Below, one piece after another: positions 37,943 to 50,389 of a stretch of 64,000 nt of DNA. The position numbers and the translations under genes are program-made. The stretch is from Octopus sinensis. Its lineage: Eukaryota. The stretch covers positions 1,860,001-1,924,000 of the forward strand of contig NC_043006.1 of the NCBI RefSeq assembly GCF_006345805.1. The letters run 5' to 3'. The notes under the pieces were generated by a model that was not told the DNA's origin, did no database searches, and saw nothing but the letters and a program-made list of their open reading frames with translations. The first letter of the stretch is position 1; every line of letters starts with the position of its first letter.

Positions 37943-39177
37943 CTTGGTCTGATCAATAAGTATCCAGACTGTTGCCATAGTGACGAAGCTAAAGCAGGCA
38001 GAGTAAAGCCGCGTGGCACAGTTTGACCTTGAACTCTACAGCGCATGCACACTAACCTTTAACGTTCTAGCTTGCTTCTGCTGTTTACAGCAGTGCTTGG
38101 AAGGAACGTGTGTAGTGTGTGATCATCGCATTGACCGTGACTGAGAAAGTTGAGCAGAGAATTTGCATCAAATTTTGCCAAAAGCTTGGCAGAAACCTAC
38201 ACGAAGTTGCAAAAAGTGTACGGAGAGGAGTGTATGACCGAAAAAATATCAAACGTTCTGGGAGACCCAAAACCAGCAGAACTGAGAAAAAACATTGCAG
38301 ATGTGTGTGTAGCTGTGAGGGGAAATCGTCAGATCACCGTCCGTGATTTATCAGAGGATTTTATGTACAGATTAGTTATGGTTCAGTTCAATCCATTATC
38401 ACTGAAGATTTGGGTATGAGATGTGTATCTGCCAAGTTTGTGCCAAAACTGCTTTCATCTGACCAAAAAGACCCTCGGGTTTCAGTTGCACAAGATCTCC
38501 TTGATTGTGTTGGGAATGATGGAAACTTTTTGAAAACAGTCTTAACAAGTGATGACTCATGGGTCTGTGGCTACGACCCAGAAACAAAGGCTCGGTCTTC
38601 ACAATGGAAGACCCCAATATCTCCAAGATCGAAGAAAGCACAAATGAATCAAAGCAATGTGACCATTTTCTTCGACTACAAGGGGATTTTTCATCATGCT
38701 CCACCTGGTCAGACAGAAAACGAGTACTACCGTGACGTTTTCTGGTGTTTGTGAGATGCTATTTGTTGGAAAAGGCCACAATTGCATGTGTCTGGTGAGT
38801 GGCAGTTGCACCATGACAACGCACCTGCCAATTCAGCGCAGCTTGTGCACCAGTTTTTGACTAGGCACAGCATTCCCCAGTTCCGACAGTTTCCGTATTC
38901 CCCAGATCTCATCCTTTGCAACTTTTTCCTCTTTCCAAAAATCAAATCCCGCTTGAAAGTAAGATTTCAGGACGTTGGGGAAATCAAAGGGAATGCAATG
39001 AGGCAGCTGCTGATTATCCCAGAAAACGAGTTCCAGGAATGCTTCCATCAATGGAAACAGCGCTGGATTGTGTGACTTCCAAAGAGGACTACTTCGAAGG
39101 AGATTAAATGCCAAATTGGTACGTGTCGTAGTTTTGTTTCTATAGCACTAGTCCAGATACTTATTGATCAGACCCCA
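37943..39177 (+). mobile_element. Full-length decayed mariner (DD34D type)
   Basis: TA TSD and TIR ggtctgatcaataagtatc(c/t)(a/g)gact at both ends. Transposase motifs EQRICIKFCQKLG, AKFVPKLL, TSDDSW, HDNAP and YSPDLILCNF, with 34 residues between the second D and the third position (D mutated to N). Stops and frameshifts are present. Confidence 0.9.
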
Positions 39178-40514
39178 TACAAGTCATCAAGGGAGCCTCT
39201 ATCTGGTTGTTTGACCTGCTGGAAATAATAGCAAATCAGAAATGAGTTATTGGGACGACATGCAATATATCTTACTTAATGTAGGCGTTCTATCAAAAGC
39301 TGCAAATCTGCAGTGTTTGTCTTGAGAAACTTTCTTGAATCAATGTATATGGTACTTTATCAAATTTAAAACAAATGAGTGATTTCATTTCGTAAGTGCC
39401 CATGCAATACCACATAAAGGCACCTGTGCTGCGTCACATAAAAGGGACCATGCAGTACCACGTAAAAGCACCCAGCAAGTAAAGTGGTTGGCATTAGGAA
39501 GGGCATCCAGCTGTAGAAACCCTTGCCAACTCAGACTGGAGTCTGGTGCAGCCTTCCAGCTTACCACCTCTGGTCAAACCATCCAACCCATGCCAGCATG
39601 GACAACAGACATTAAATGATGATGATGAAATACCAGCTCTGAGATCACTGTCATTCTGTCAACTCATGAAGAAAGACAGCAACCATAAATGGGCTGACGT
39701 CTACCAGCCATTGATAGAAGCTCAATCACATTTGATAGACACTCCCTAAATCTAGATTTAGGGTTTTGACACTGAAGATATCCACAATCCTGTCAGTAGT
39801 TCTAATTTCTTAAAACATTAACAATTATTGTTTTATCGTCACTCTTTGTGGACGACACTACCAACCCAGGGTATCAACAGAAATATTACGGCCAAAGCAA
39901 CCTTCTCATACGGCGGTTCACTTAGATATATTGCAGGACCTCAGACCGTGTATTCAAAATGTCTCACCAAGTCAAAATCATTAGATCCCCATTAACTCTT
40001 TTGCATTTAATCTGGCCATATTCTACCTGTGTTATGTTAAAACTGACGAGATCCAACCTCTCACACCTACCCTACAATGTCATTCTAGAAATACATGAAC
40101 ACACCATTGAAGTCTTGATGCAACAAGATAATGCACGATTAATTGAAAGCAATGTGAATGTGTAAGCAATACATTTGACAAAGAAATATGAAAGCTGAAG
40201 GGTTAAGCAATGCACCTGTGCTTCATAATGTTATGCATGAAATCAAAACTAAAAGACAACATCCTGTTTTTGCCCATACAAGATGTGTGCTTGAACATGA
40301 AACTGTTGCTAAACAAGAGTTGAAATACTTGATGCAGTTTGACATCTGTGCTTCACATGGTATCTCAGAAAATCCTAGATTAAAGTTATGGACCACATGG
40401 GAATTGCTGAGCATTAAACAGCATCATTTTACCTGACAGATTCCCACTGTTGCTTGTACAAGAATTTGCAACTTAATTGTATTGAAAAATATTTTTTAAT
40501 TAGTCTTATACATA

Positions 40515-40679
40515 GGCACAGGAGCAGCTGTGTGGTAAGTAGCTTGCTTACCAACCACATGGTTCTGGGTTCAGTCCCACTGTGTGGCACCTTGGGCAAG
40601 TGTCTTCTACTATAGCTTCGGGCCAACCAAAGCCTTGTGAGTGGATTTGGTAGATAGAAACTGAAACAAGCCCGTCGTA

Positions 40680-40772
<93 letters not shown>

Positions 40773-40966
40773 TTGTCCCCCAACATTGCTTGACAACCAA
40801 TGCTGGTGTGTTTACGTCCCTGTAACTTAGCAGTTCAGTAAAAGAGACCAATAGAATAAGTACTATTCTTATAAAGAATAAGTCCTGGGGTTGATTTGCT
40901 TGACTAAAGGCGGTGGTCCAGCATGGCCGCAGTCAAATGACTGAGACAAGTAAAAGAGTAAAAGAG
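40515..40966 (+). mobile_element. SINE family A with expanded central (TA)n
   Basis: Full head-to-tail structure. Confidence 0.8.
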
Positions 40967-40969
40967 TAT

Positions 40970-41700
40970 GCCTATCACCAGATTCCAGTTGATTCCTTTG
41001 ATACTAACAAGACTACAATCACGGTGCCATTCGGCCTGATGAGTCATCAGCTGACAAGTCAAAAACCTGGATTCTGTATTTGTTTTCATCGATGACATTT
41101 GTATAGTCAGCACCAACCGCAACAAAAACACAAGCATCACCCGAGACAGTGCCTCGAAAGATTAGCATTACAATCAACTCCAACAACTTTGAATTTGAAG
41201 TTGCACGAAATTTCTTTAAACATGCAACAACCACAGAATGAATGAAACAGCTTAAAAATCAAGTTTATGCAATCAAAGAATTCCCACTTGCTGCACAAAA
41301 TACCAACTCCATGAGTTCTTAGGAATCATCAACTTCTATTTGTCATTTGTTGAAGTATTGTTTCACGGCTAGATTCTCTTCCTGTCATTGACCTTTACCT
41401 ATTTTCCAGTCGAAGAATTTCTTATCTCTCATATCTTCAAAAGAACAAAGGGCAATTTCGTTGCCAGGGAATGTCAACGTAACATCATTAGCTGCAGCTC
41501 AATGCTTTTCATGCCAAGCAAGGAACATAAAGCAGAGTGGAAGCTGATATTAATCAAATGAGTTGCTTGTGGTGGACACAGAAAATGTAACATGTCAAAG
41601 AAGGCAATGTTGCTTCTATGCCATCAAATCTGCAACTAATTTGAAACTGTCGCTTCTCTGTTGTCGTGAGTTCCTGCAGCTAAGGCTGATCACTGCCATT
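40970..41700 (+). mobile_element. Ty3/Gypsy pol relic (RT to RNase H), part 1
   Basis: Across frames: AYHQIPVDSFDTNKTTITVPFGL, LDSVFVFIDDICIVS, VYAIKEFP and EFLGIINFY, which are typical Gypsy RT and connection motifs. Confidence 0.7.
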
Positions 41701-41704
41701 TTAT

Positions 41705-42405
41705 TTGTTAGTTAGTTAGTTAGTTAATTTGGCTCAAAAGCAAATAGCAAGGCCATGTAGGGGGACATGGAGTTAAGTACAGAGTGGTGTTCGTGTAAAG
41801 AGTTCAGGCCACTTGAGGTCAAGGGAGGCTTTGAACAAAGTGGTCATCGGCATCTTCACCATCTCATCTGGCAGCTTATTCCACGGATCCGCAACCCGGA
41901 CGGAGAAAGCTCCTCTCCTTCGATTGAGATGAAATCGTCGCAGGTAGAGCTTTTCGGAATGGCCCCGCAGCCAACGCTCTGGAGCAGGAGTGAAGAACAG
42001 CTCTTTCGAGAGGTTACACTTTCCGCTTATGATGCTGTGGGCGAGAATGAGATCACCACGGTGGCGGCGTTTTTCTAGAGAATAAAGGTCGAGCGTACTC
42101 AGCCTTTCTTCATAGGACAAATTTTTGAGACCATGAACCATGTGGGTAGCCAGCTTCTGGACTCTTTCGAGATGCTGTATGTCTTTGAGGATATAAGAAG
42201 AGGCTTGAATCCCATACTCCAATATGGGTCTCACCAGCGTGACATAGAGTGGTAGGAATATGGCTGCTGTGAGCATTCCGAATGACCATCGAATCAAGAA
42301 CAGAATTCCGCGTGCTTTGTTGGCAGCATGGACGCACTGGGCCGAAAGCGAAAAGGAGGAATCCACCAAGATACCCAGGTCCTTTATGCCTCCAGCTCTG
42401 ATTGG
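41705..42405 (-). mobile_element. CR1-clade LINE 3' end (RT C-terminus plus (AACT)n tail)
   Basis: ORF 41773..42453: KDLGILVD, YVTLVRPILEYG, LERVQKLAT, LSYEERL, LEKRRHRGDLI, LRGHSEKL and FSVRVADPWNKLP. (TTAG)n at ~41708-41727 is the tail. Confidence 0.9.
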
Positions 42406-42499
42406 CTGGAATCTTCCATGGCACAACTGAACCACACCACACCACAGCAACAAAACAGATCTTTCCCTGTCTTGCTACAAAACAGATCTTTCTCTGTCT

Positions 42500-42790
42500 T
42501 GCTTGAAGAACGCCTTTTGCAAAAGCATTGATAGATCAAAAACCACTCCTTCATACAATCATTGTTGCCTCTATGTCATCACCCAAGATCGGTCAATCGA
42601 CAAAGTGGCCCACACCCGTGAATTTACGTCAGATGTGTGATGTCTCAGTTCTGTTGCTGCTTCCTTCTTGATGTTGGCTCAGTCGCTAATGGTTCATTTT
42701 GAGGCAATGCCGCAAACTCAGAGTGACATTGCTGTTCATCTCAGCTACTTGGCATCACACATTGCCATTCTCTGGTGCCAACATGGAAAA
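42500..42790 (+). mobile_element. Ty3/Gypsy pol relic (RNase H), part 2
   Basis: Across frames: LEER..., IDQKPLL and REFTSDV resemble the LEGR.F...TDHKPL...EFT.DI continuation. Confidence 0.45.
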
Positions 42791-43885
42791 TGAATGTTAA
42801 ATGGTAACAATGGTGATGACTCTGAAATCTGTGTTACACAAGACTGACTGGCTGTCATTTAGGGTCAATTACGAAAAACAAAGAACATGACAAACACGAG
42901 TATACCTTAGCTGCCAACATGCTAAATTATCCCACCATTCACTACCACCACTTCATGTAGTAATTTCACTCCACCAACAGTTTATTTACGACATATTGCC
43001 CCTGGGTGAAGAGGAATGGAACCTGGTGCAACTCTCCTCCTTGCCAGCTCCAGTCAAACCGTCCAACCCTTGCCATCATGGAGAATGGACATTAAAAGAT
43101 GATGAGGATGATGATGCCGCTGACATTCATATTGATGTTGGCCCGTTTCCTCCTTCAAAAAGATATTATTATTCATTTGCAGCAAGCGACAGACTCACAG
43201 GGTTGGCCAAAAGCTATTTTCTGTGTCCAATATGACTGAAGGAAAAAGCAATCAGCTGGCAGAATTGTTAGTAGACTGGACAAAATGCTTAGTGACATTT
43301 CGTCCATCTTTATGTTCTGAGCTCAAATTCTGTCGAGGTCAACCACCTTCCACGCTGGCATGGGTTGGACAGTTTGACAGGAGCTGGCCAGGTAGAAGAC
43401 TACACCAGGCTACTGTGTCTGGTTTTTACCACTGGATGCCCTTCCTAACACCAACCACCCTGAAAAGTGAACTGAGTGCTTTTTACGTACCACTAGGGTT
43501 GATAAAATAAGTACCAGTTGAATACTGGGGATTGATGTAATTGACTTATTCCCCCTCCTCTTGTGTCAAAATTTGAAACCCTCATTAGTTATGAGACATT
43601 TCCCTCAGCTTTTCTCACCAATTGGATTTCTCCTTTGGGAGGTACATCGACTTTTAAACAACAAATTGTTGTGCTCAAATTTGAATTTACATTTACACAA
43701 TGACCAGCTGCACATTTAAGCCTTAAACACACCACCACCACCACCACCACCACTTGCCTACCATCTGCTGCATTGGGATATACCAAGCATTTTCACTTCT
43801 AGCTCAAAGCTTCTCTCAAGGCCTGCCAGAACCTGACAAAGTGAACTGTCTCTGTGCTCCTAGTTCTGCTACGTCTTTGTTCAAA

Positions 43886-43920
<35 letters not shown>

Positions 43921-45114
43921 ACTTGAGAGAGGAAGAAGACCAAAGAGATATGAAAAAAGATGGGATAAGATCTCAGGGTATTGAACCTTATAGAGCAGCT
44001 GACAGAGGAACCTGAGAACATAACACATGGCCATTGTATATGGTAGACACCTGAGTCTGCCTTTCTTTCCCCAAACCGTATGTGGCTTACAATAGTAATC
44101 AGTTGATAAAGATATCAGAAATTGGGTTAGTTTCAGATAACCTGTTTATAAAAACATTTAGACACTATAGAATAACAATGTAGAAATATCTGTCTTCGGG
44201 CAATTGCTTTGTGAATCAGATGACTTTCAGATAGACCTGTCCAAGCTGGCAAATGAAACAATGAAGATGGTGCAGAGGATAGTTTGTACAGAACTCTGTG
44301 TGTGAGCATCATGTGTCACATCTCCACCTGTGACCAGTGGCACTAACCAGTCGATAGTTGACATCAGGAATTAGAATAATGTTCAGTAGAATATTTCTTT
44401 TAAAAAATAAAACTGGAACACGGCAAGGTAATAACATGAAAAACAAAAAATCATAATGATAACAATTTGCATTATCATGTTTCAACTCCAAACCTCTTGA
44501 CAAGATTTTAAATCCGTGTCTATCACTTTGGAGTCATCGTGGTTCTTATTACACTGTATAGTACCTGCCCTTCCATTTCCTCAAATAGATACCACATGTC
44601 TTTATTGGTTATGAGGTTATCACTGGACTGATTACACAATATGGTAACTGCCCTTTCATCTCCGTAAAGAAGATAATATTATTTTGTGGAGTCAGCGTAG
44701 GATTAATTACATAACACAGCACCTGCCCTGCCATCTTCTTAAATAAAATGTTATGTAAATAATTTATTGTTTGATAATTATTGTACATGATCTGAGTCCC
44801 ATTGGTGGACCAATTTCTCTCTATCTGTCTTAGATACATATCATTTGTATTAACATCTCAGACAGAATCACCTTGACCCTGTGTGTAACAAGAGCAGACT
44901 TATCAATTACGGTCACAATCCATCCGTTAGGCCTCTCCACACACTGTCCGTCTATTCAGTTTCTCTCACAAGATTTGGGTCAACTGAAGGTTATAAGAAA
45001 AGATACTTGTACAGGGTGTTGTGACTGGGGGGGTCGAACTCAGGAGTTTATGATTGCTGAGTTAACTTTTTAAACATGCTGCCATGCCTACACTTTTGGT
45101 CATTTATATAATAT

Positions 45115-45200
45115 ATTTATACCTGCATATTTATACCTGCATATTTATACCTGCATATTTATACCTGCATATTTATACCTGCATATTTATACCTGCATAT
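45115..45200. repeat. 14-bp minisatellite (ATTTATACCTGCAT) x6
   Basis: acctgcat at 45121, 45135, 45149, 45163, 45177 and 45191. Confidence 0.95.
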
Positions 45201-45229
45201 GTGTCTGTACCAGCACAGGCAGTTATCCA

Positions 45230-45480
45230 CTGCATGCACCAGTGCAGTCATGTCCTCTGCCTCCCGCCAGATCATCTTATCGAGGCCTTACTCCTCATTC
45301 AACATGGCTGCTGGCTGGAAGATGCCCCACACCAGATTGGTGGATGTGTCTAAAGAAGATCTCCAGAGGCTCGACATCATCTCAGAGGATGCAGAGGGGC
45401 TGGCATGGGACTCCCAGTGATGGGGAGCACTGGTAGACCTGATCGGCTCTGTACACGATGACCCTTCTGGGACCGCTAAA
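45230..45480 (+). mobile_element. Old RTE-like LINE C-terminal fragment
   Basis: HVLCLPPDHLIEALL / GWKMPHTRLVDVSKEDLQRLDIISEDAEGLAWD resembles the GRP..RW.D...DL......A..R..W tail. Confidence 0.45.
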
Positions 45481-47098
45481 CCTAGGATGACCCCAGCTCC
45501 ATCAAGCAAGAAGCAAACAAGACATGCATGTGAAAGTACATGGGCTGGTGGTTCAGGTGTTCAGTTTATGATGCTTAGGTTATGAGTTCAATTCTTGAGC
45601 AAGACACTTCATCTCATGATGCTGCTGTCTGCAATTACCAACCAGTTGCTGTTGCATCTGTTTCTTGCTCCAGCCTTCACATCTTGGATGTTCCTCTAGG
45701 TCTCCGGTTGTAGGCCAGAGTCCATATAAGGTTTTCCTGTTATAATTTCTGCAATCAATTGGTTATACTTCTACAATCACAAAATATTTTTTAACAATTT
45801 TTTCTAATACAATTCCTAATAATTCTTTAATTGAAAAAATACAGTAAATTTTTTTTTTTATATTCATCAGATGGCTATGGAAGTCCAGTAGAGTAAAATA
45901 GGACTCAAAGGGGTCAGTGGGCAAAAAATGGTTGAGAACCACTGCTCTGGGTCATGAGTGAGGGTTGGGGGGGGGGTTCCATGAGAGTAAAGGTGTTGGG
46001 ACTCAGATCATGTACAATAATTATCAAACAATAAATTATTTATATAACATTTTATTTAAGAAGGTGGAAGGGCAGGTGCTGTGTTATGTAATTAATCCTA
46101 TGTGTCTGCTCCCAACTATGTAGACGCCTAAAACAACTATCAAAAACATGGTACATCTTATGTCACACTCGCTTGCTGACTATGAAAGCTGACTCTGACT
46201 GCATTTACACCTACACTAACAAAACGCATGAACATGTAGCCATTGGTCTCACAAGGCTGGACATAAAACTAACCAAGATGGGCAAGCATACCAAACTTCA
46301 GAAATTATATCCAACTCAGCTAATGTTTTTTTGAGGGGACAGTTCATCACCATTGTCATCATTTAACATCTGTTTGCCATGCTGGCATGGGTTGGATGGT
46401 TTGACCAAGCTGGATAGCTGCACCAGGTTCCAAGTTTCATTTGGTTTCTATGGCTGGATGCCCTTCCTAATGCCAACTACAGTGTACTAGATATCTTTTA
46501 GGTATCCCTAGCTCAGTCGCCTTTTACACGTCATCGGCATGGGTCCTTTTACTTGTCACCAGCACAGGTGCCTTTTACACATGTCACCGGCACTGGCCAT
46601 GACCACAGCTTCACTTAACTCAACGTGTCCTCACAAGCACAGTAAATTGCCAGAAGTCTCGGTCACTTGTCGTCACCTCCGTCAGACACAACAAGCGAAG
46701 ATCGTATATCACTGCCTCATCCCACATCTTCCTGGCTCTGCCTCTTCCACAAGCAGAGAATGAGTTAATACCTCAAAAAGGTTTCAACAGAGAATAGCAT
46801 TCATGGGGACACTAATCTATTTGGCATCAAAACTCACAAGACTTCAACAGAGTAAATCTCAATTCATTTAAGCAAATTATAATCCACTGGAAGCGTGCTT
46901 AACAAACAGTTATTATTTTGAGGCTGTAACTTTATAAGACTAAAGTGGAAAAATAAAATGAGAATAAACCTCTGATGCAGCTCTGAAAGTAAAACTTCTT
47001 GCAACCTCTTTTGCATTGCAGACCAGTTTCATGCATGGAAATTTTTCCACAGACCTGGTAATTATGAGCATAACAAAACACAAAGTGTGCACAAAATA

Positions 47099-47261
47099 GG
47101 CGCAGGAGTGGCTGTGTGGTAAGTAGCTTGCTAACCAACCACATGGTTCCGGGTTCAGTCCTACTGCGTGGCATCTTGGGCAAGTGTCTTCTGCTATAGC
47201 CCCGGGCCAACCAAAGCCTTATGAGTGGATTTGGTAGGCGGAAACTGAAAGAAGCCTGTCG

Positions 47262-47292
<31 letters not shown>

Positions 47293-47490
47293 ATGTGTTT
47301 GTCCCCCTAGCATCGCTTGACAACTGATCCTGGTGTGTTTACGCCCCTGTCAGTTAGCGGTTCGGCAAAAGAGACCAATAGAATAAGTACTGGTCTTACA
47401 AAGAATAAGTCCCGGGGTCGATTTACTCGACTAAAGGCGGTGCTCCAGCATGGCCGCAGTCAAATGACTGAAACAAGTAAAAGAGTAAAA
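47099..47490 (+). mobile_element. SINE family A, full length (a second copy follows at 47510-47885)
   Basis: Intact A/B boxes and gtaaaagagtaaaa tail. Confidence 0.85.
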
Positions 47491-48198
47491 ATAAGTTAAT
47501 TCTTACATAGGCACAAGTATGGCTGTGTGGTAAGAAGCTTGCTTCCCAACCATGTGGTTCCGGGTTCAGTTCCATAGCGTGGCTTCTTGGGCAAATGTCT
47601 TCTACTATAGCCTTGGCCCAACCAAAGCCTTATGAGAGGATTTGCTAGATGGAAACTGAAAGAAGCCCATCATATGTGTGTGTGTGGGTGGGTGTCCTTG
47701 TGTTTATCTCCTACCACCAGTTGACAACCAGTGTTGGTGTGTTTACATCCACATAACTTAGTAGTTCAGCAAAAGAACCCAATACAATAAGTGCTGGAGT
47801 CAATTCATTCGAATAAAATTATTCTTCAAGGCAGTGCCCCAGCATGGCTGCAGTCCAATGATTGAAACAAGTAAAAAGTAAAAGATATATAACACAGACT
47901 CACCCTGCAGACTACAACAGTCAATAAAAAGAAATGAAATTTCAAAATATATTTCCTTCTGTGCAACCCAGGGCCAAATGATTCATGGCCCAGTATTGGT
48001 CTGTGAATCGGTGATTAGAGACCCCTGTATTAAAGGAAATATGGGTTCTGCTGACTTACATTCATTTGCATGACAAACATTAGTTTCTGTAAACATTCAC
48101 TTGATTGGATGTCATTAAAAAGATATTATTCTCTCATTATTCTCATTGGTGAGCATGTAGAAATCAATCAGTCATGTGAGGTTGGAGATATATATATA

Positions 48199-48233
<35 letters not shown>

Positions 48234-48429
48234 ATATGGCTGCACCAGGCCCAGTTTTATCTGGCAATGTTTCTATGGTGTTAGGAAGAGCATCCAGCCG
48301 TAGAAACATTGCCAGATCAAACTGGCCCTGGTGCAGCCTTCTGGCTTCCCAGACCCCAGTTGAACCGTCCAACCCATGCTAGCATGGAAAGCGGACGCTA
48401 AATGATGATGATGATGATGATGATATATA

Positions 48430-48471
<42 letters not shown>

Positions 48472-48514
48472 TATACATATATATATACATATACATACAC
48501 ACATATACACACAC

Positions 48515-48855
48515 AAAGAGCATTCCAGAAGTTTTCAGACATTTTTCATTTACTAATTTCAAAAAAGTACAAAACTCTGAACTTTTTCAAAGTAGGAATC
48601 CTCTGACTTCAATGCGCTTGTTGTGGCAGCACTCCAATTGCTTTGTGAAGGCTGCATGAAAGTCTTCCAAAGTGAAGGTGTCCAGGGCCCTTTTGTTGTG
48701 GCCTCCTTTGTCTTCAAAACAACTTCCTCTGAAGTTCTCAATCAGCTTTTGGGGGACAACCAAAAGTCACAGGGTGCAAAGTCTGGACTGTAAGAGGGTG
48801 GGAGGCAGTCTTGATGCCCCTCTCTGTCAAGTAGTTGGTTACCAGGAGAGAGGGA
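48515..48855 (-). mobile_element. mariner transposase C-terminal fragment
   Basis: The minus strand encodes LPPSYSPDFAPCDFWLSPK followed by RALDTFTLEDFHAAFTK. Confidence 0.75.
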
Positions 48856-48935
48856 GTTCAAAGCCTTCTCCTTCAATCTGGGGGAAGGGGAAAAAAGTTG
48901 GCAGGTTAGCTTATAATATGAATAGTAATGATATT

Positions 48936-49322
48936 ACTCCTTTTACTTGTTTCAGTCATTTGACTGTGGCCATGCTGGAGCACCACCTTTAGTCGAGCAA
49001 ATCGAGCCCAGGACTTCTTCTATCGTTCTCTCTTGCCGAACCGCTAAGTTACGGGGACGTAAACACACCAGCATCGGTTGTCAAGCAATGTTGGAGGGAC
49101 AAACACAGACACAAAAACATATACACACACATACATGCATATACATATATATGACAGGCTTCTTTCAGTTTCCGTCTACCAAATCCACTCACAAGGCTTT
49201 GGTCGGCCCGAGGCTATAGTAAAAGACACTTGCCCAAGGTGCCACACAGTGGGACTGAACCCAGAACCATGTGGTTTGTGGTTTGTAAGCAAGCTGCTTA
49301 CCACACAGCCACTCCTGTGCCT
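48936..49322 (-). mobile_element. SINE family A, antisense, ~170 bp upstream of the SMC6 terminal acceptor
   Basis: Reverse complement of the 47099-47490 family. Confidence 0.85.
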
Positions 49323-49490
49323 ACTAAAATTACAGTAATTTAAGACAGCTGTAACTCCCTTTCTCAAGAAAAAAGTCTCAAAACTTCTGGAATGAACCTT
49401 GTGTGTGTTGCGTGTGTGCATTGCAATGAAAACGAGGTGTGTTCAATACGTGTCATGCAGTTTATATATTTATTGTCTTCTCTTTGACAG

Positions 49491-49617
49491 CCACCTAAAT
49501 TACCCAATGTCTAGAATTTTCCGTATGCCTGATCCTGTACGTATGAAAGGTGGGCAGAAAACTCTAAATCTACAGCCAGCAGCCAATGAAGACGATGAAG
49601 ATGAGGAGGCAGCATGA
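49491..49617 (+). CDS. SMC6: SMC6 terminal coding exon
   Basis: cttctctttgacag|C completes the phase-2 AG to AGC, giving (S)HLNYPMSRIFRMPDPVRMKGGQKTLNLQPAANEDDEDEEAA*. This matches the RI.RM.DP.R..Q.TL...acidic tail of SMC6 C-termini. Confidence 0.85.
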
Positions 49618-49820
49618 GTGTGTTGCTAGGGTTACAATTTCAAATTCAAACAAGAAAAGAAAAAAATAAACAAATACAAGGAGAAAAGAATATAGAAAAA
49701 AAATATATGGAGAAAAACAAGAAGAAAAGAAAATAGAAAAAAAATATATGGAGAAAAAAATGTGTAAACTATTATTCATTTTATCATTATTATTATTAAA
49801 GAATTATTTTCTTACTTATT

Positions 49821-49826
49821 AATAAA
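49821..49826 (+). promoter_or_regulatory. Likely SMC6 polyadenylation signal (alternative AATAAA at 49665-49670)
   Basis: AATAAA followed ~40 nt later by the T/GT-rich tract tttttgttttgtttttt. Confidence 0.5.
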
Positions 49827-50056
49827 AAAAGAAATGAGAGAAATTATCATTTGTACTAAATACTATTTTTGTTTTGTTTTTTAATTATTTTATGTTTACA
49901 AATTATTTATAAATATTTGTGTATGTATGTGCATATATATATATATATATATATATCCGTAATAATGAAGGGTGAAATTAATTAATTTGGAATAATTATC
50001 AATTACACCAAGTAGTCTTCGGCATGTAAAAGCCTCATTTGAGGAAAATTTAAGTA

Positions 50057-50274
50057 ATACTAAGCAATAAAGGGTTTAGCAACGAATTGCCTTACCACAT
50101 ACCGAATTTAGAAATAGCAGTCAAAGAGTTATAGCTATTTCTTCTACTAAAAAGGGAGATCTCAGTAAAAACAGCAATTTTTAGTAGAAGAAATAGCTAT
50201 AACTCTTTGACTGCTATTTCTAAATTCGGTATGTGGTAAGGCAATTCGTTGCTAAACCCTTTATTGCTTAGTAT
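50057..50274. repeat. Perfect inverted repeat, 97-bp arms, 24-bp spacer
   Basis: 50057-50153 is the exact reverse complement of 50178-50274, checked block by block. Confidence 0.95.
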
Positions 50275-50389
50275 ATATATATATAGTTAATCCAAACATG
50301 GAAACACACAGAGAAAACACAGCAACGCGAGGATGTGGAACAAGTATAGTGTTATTGGACGCTCAGGAAAGAAGGAAAGAAAGAAAGGA

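Larger units (their letters stand above)
44698..46100. repeat. 103-bp inverted repeat pair (44698-44800 / 45998-46100), possible TIRs of a 1.4-kb element
   Basis: The arms differ at 3 positions by my alignment, and both outer ends are TA. Confidence 0.8.

Noticed and set aside
45115-45200. Regular repeats as a possible CRISPR-like array (also 60045-60098)
   Set aside because: They are directly adjacent tandem units without unique spacers, in a eukaryotic context with no cas genes.
49682-49759. ~40-bp purine-rich duplication in the SMC6 3' UTR
   Set aside because: Most simply explained by low-complexity slippage, with no evidence of function.
50185-50210. GAAATAGCTATA (palindromic helix III-like) inside the perfect IR as another hammerhead
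   Set aside because: There is no CUGANGA or stem II at the required position upstream.
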